A DNA stretch of 64,000 bases from assembly GCA_010093605.1 (NCBI GenBank), contig MU004187.1:1124018-1188017 (forward strand), read 5' to 3'. The notes beneath the pieces were generated by a model. It worked only from the letters and a program-made list of their open reading frames with translations. It made no database searches and was not told the DNA's origin. This DNA is from Lophium mytilinum (lineage: Eukaryota). Within the stretch, counting starts at the first letter, position 1. Every line of letters begins with the position of its first letter. Shown here in pieces: positions 63,902 to 64,000 of this stretch. The translations under genes were made by a program, and so were the position numbers.

Positions 63902-64000
63902 TTATAACACCTTCTCTGTCGTCAGCGCGTTCCTTTTCTCTTGCGCGAGTTCTCCTTCCCGCTTCTCTCTCATCATTTTTGCCAGTGCACGCGATCTAGA
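63902..64000 (-). CDS. Possible 3' end of a gene extending beyond the window
   Basis: Open frame from the window edge, SRSRALAKMMREKREGELAQEKRNALTTEKVL*; too short to confirm. Confidence 0.3.
   Translation of the reverse strand, partial: SRSRALAKMMREKREGELAQEKRNALTTEKVL

Noticed and set aside
13750..64000. tRNA, rRNA or snRNA genes, including a Bin3 target RNA near 31.3-31.8 kb
   Set aside because: No cloverleaf, A/B-box or U6-like sequence recognised by eye; a covariance-model scan would be needed to exclude them.

Overview
Filamentous ascomycete DNA (Pezizomycotina; Dothideomycete-like by inference) with spliceosomal introns. Bases 1-13750 are an AT-rich block destroyed by RIP (CpA/TpG to TpA). 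It holds three nested relics: an unidentified intron-bearing element (1-~4431), a Ty3/Gypsy chromovirus (gag zinc knuckle, -1 frameshift signal, PR-RT-RH-IN-chromodomain, PPT and 3' LTR), and a Fot1/pogo DDE transposon that the LTR interrupts. The rest is gene-dense with about 20 genes: ricin-lectin/M6 metalloprotease, DUF1996 protein, BCS1-like AAA ATPase, two S41 peptidases, two small Cys-rich ORFs, Bin3/MePCE-like methyltransferase, GRAM-like membrane protein, NACHT-ZZ NTPase, HET-domain protein, asparaginase, nmrA, mitochondrial bL19, PSI-domain protein, rhodopsin-domain membrane protein, PWP2, a CDC12-type septin, a conserved hypothetical protein and an AA9 LPMO. The best candidate for an undescribed system is at 34.4-42.4 kb. 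There a secreted S41 protease with a KR-delimited 10-Cys tail is transcribed divergently from a NACHT NTPase that lacks effector and repeat domains but carries a zinc finger, followed 251 bp later by a HET-domain gene. All family assignments come from motif recognition and hand-built splice models; no database search was run.
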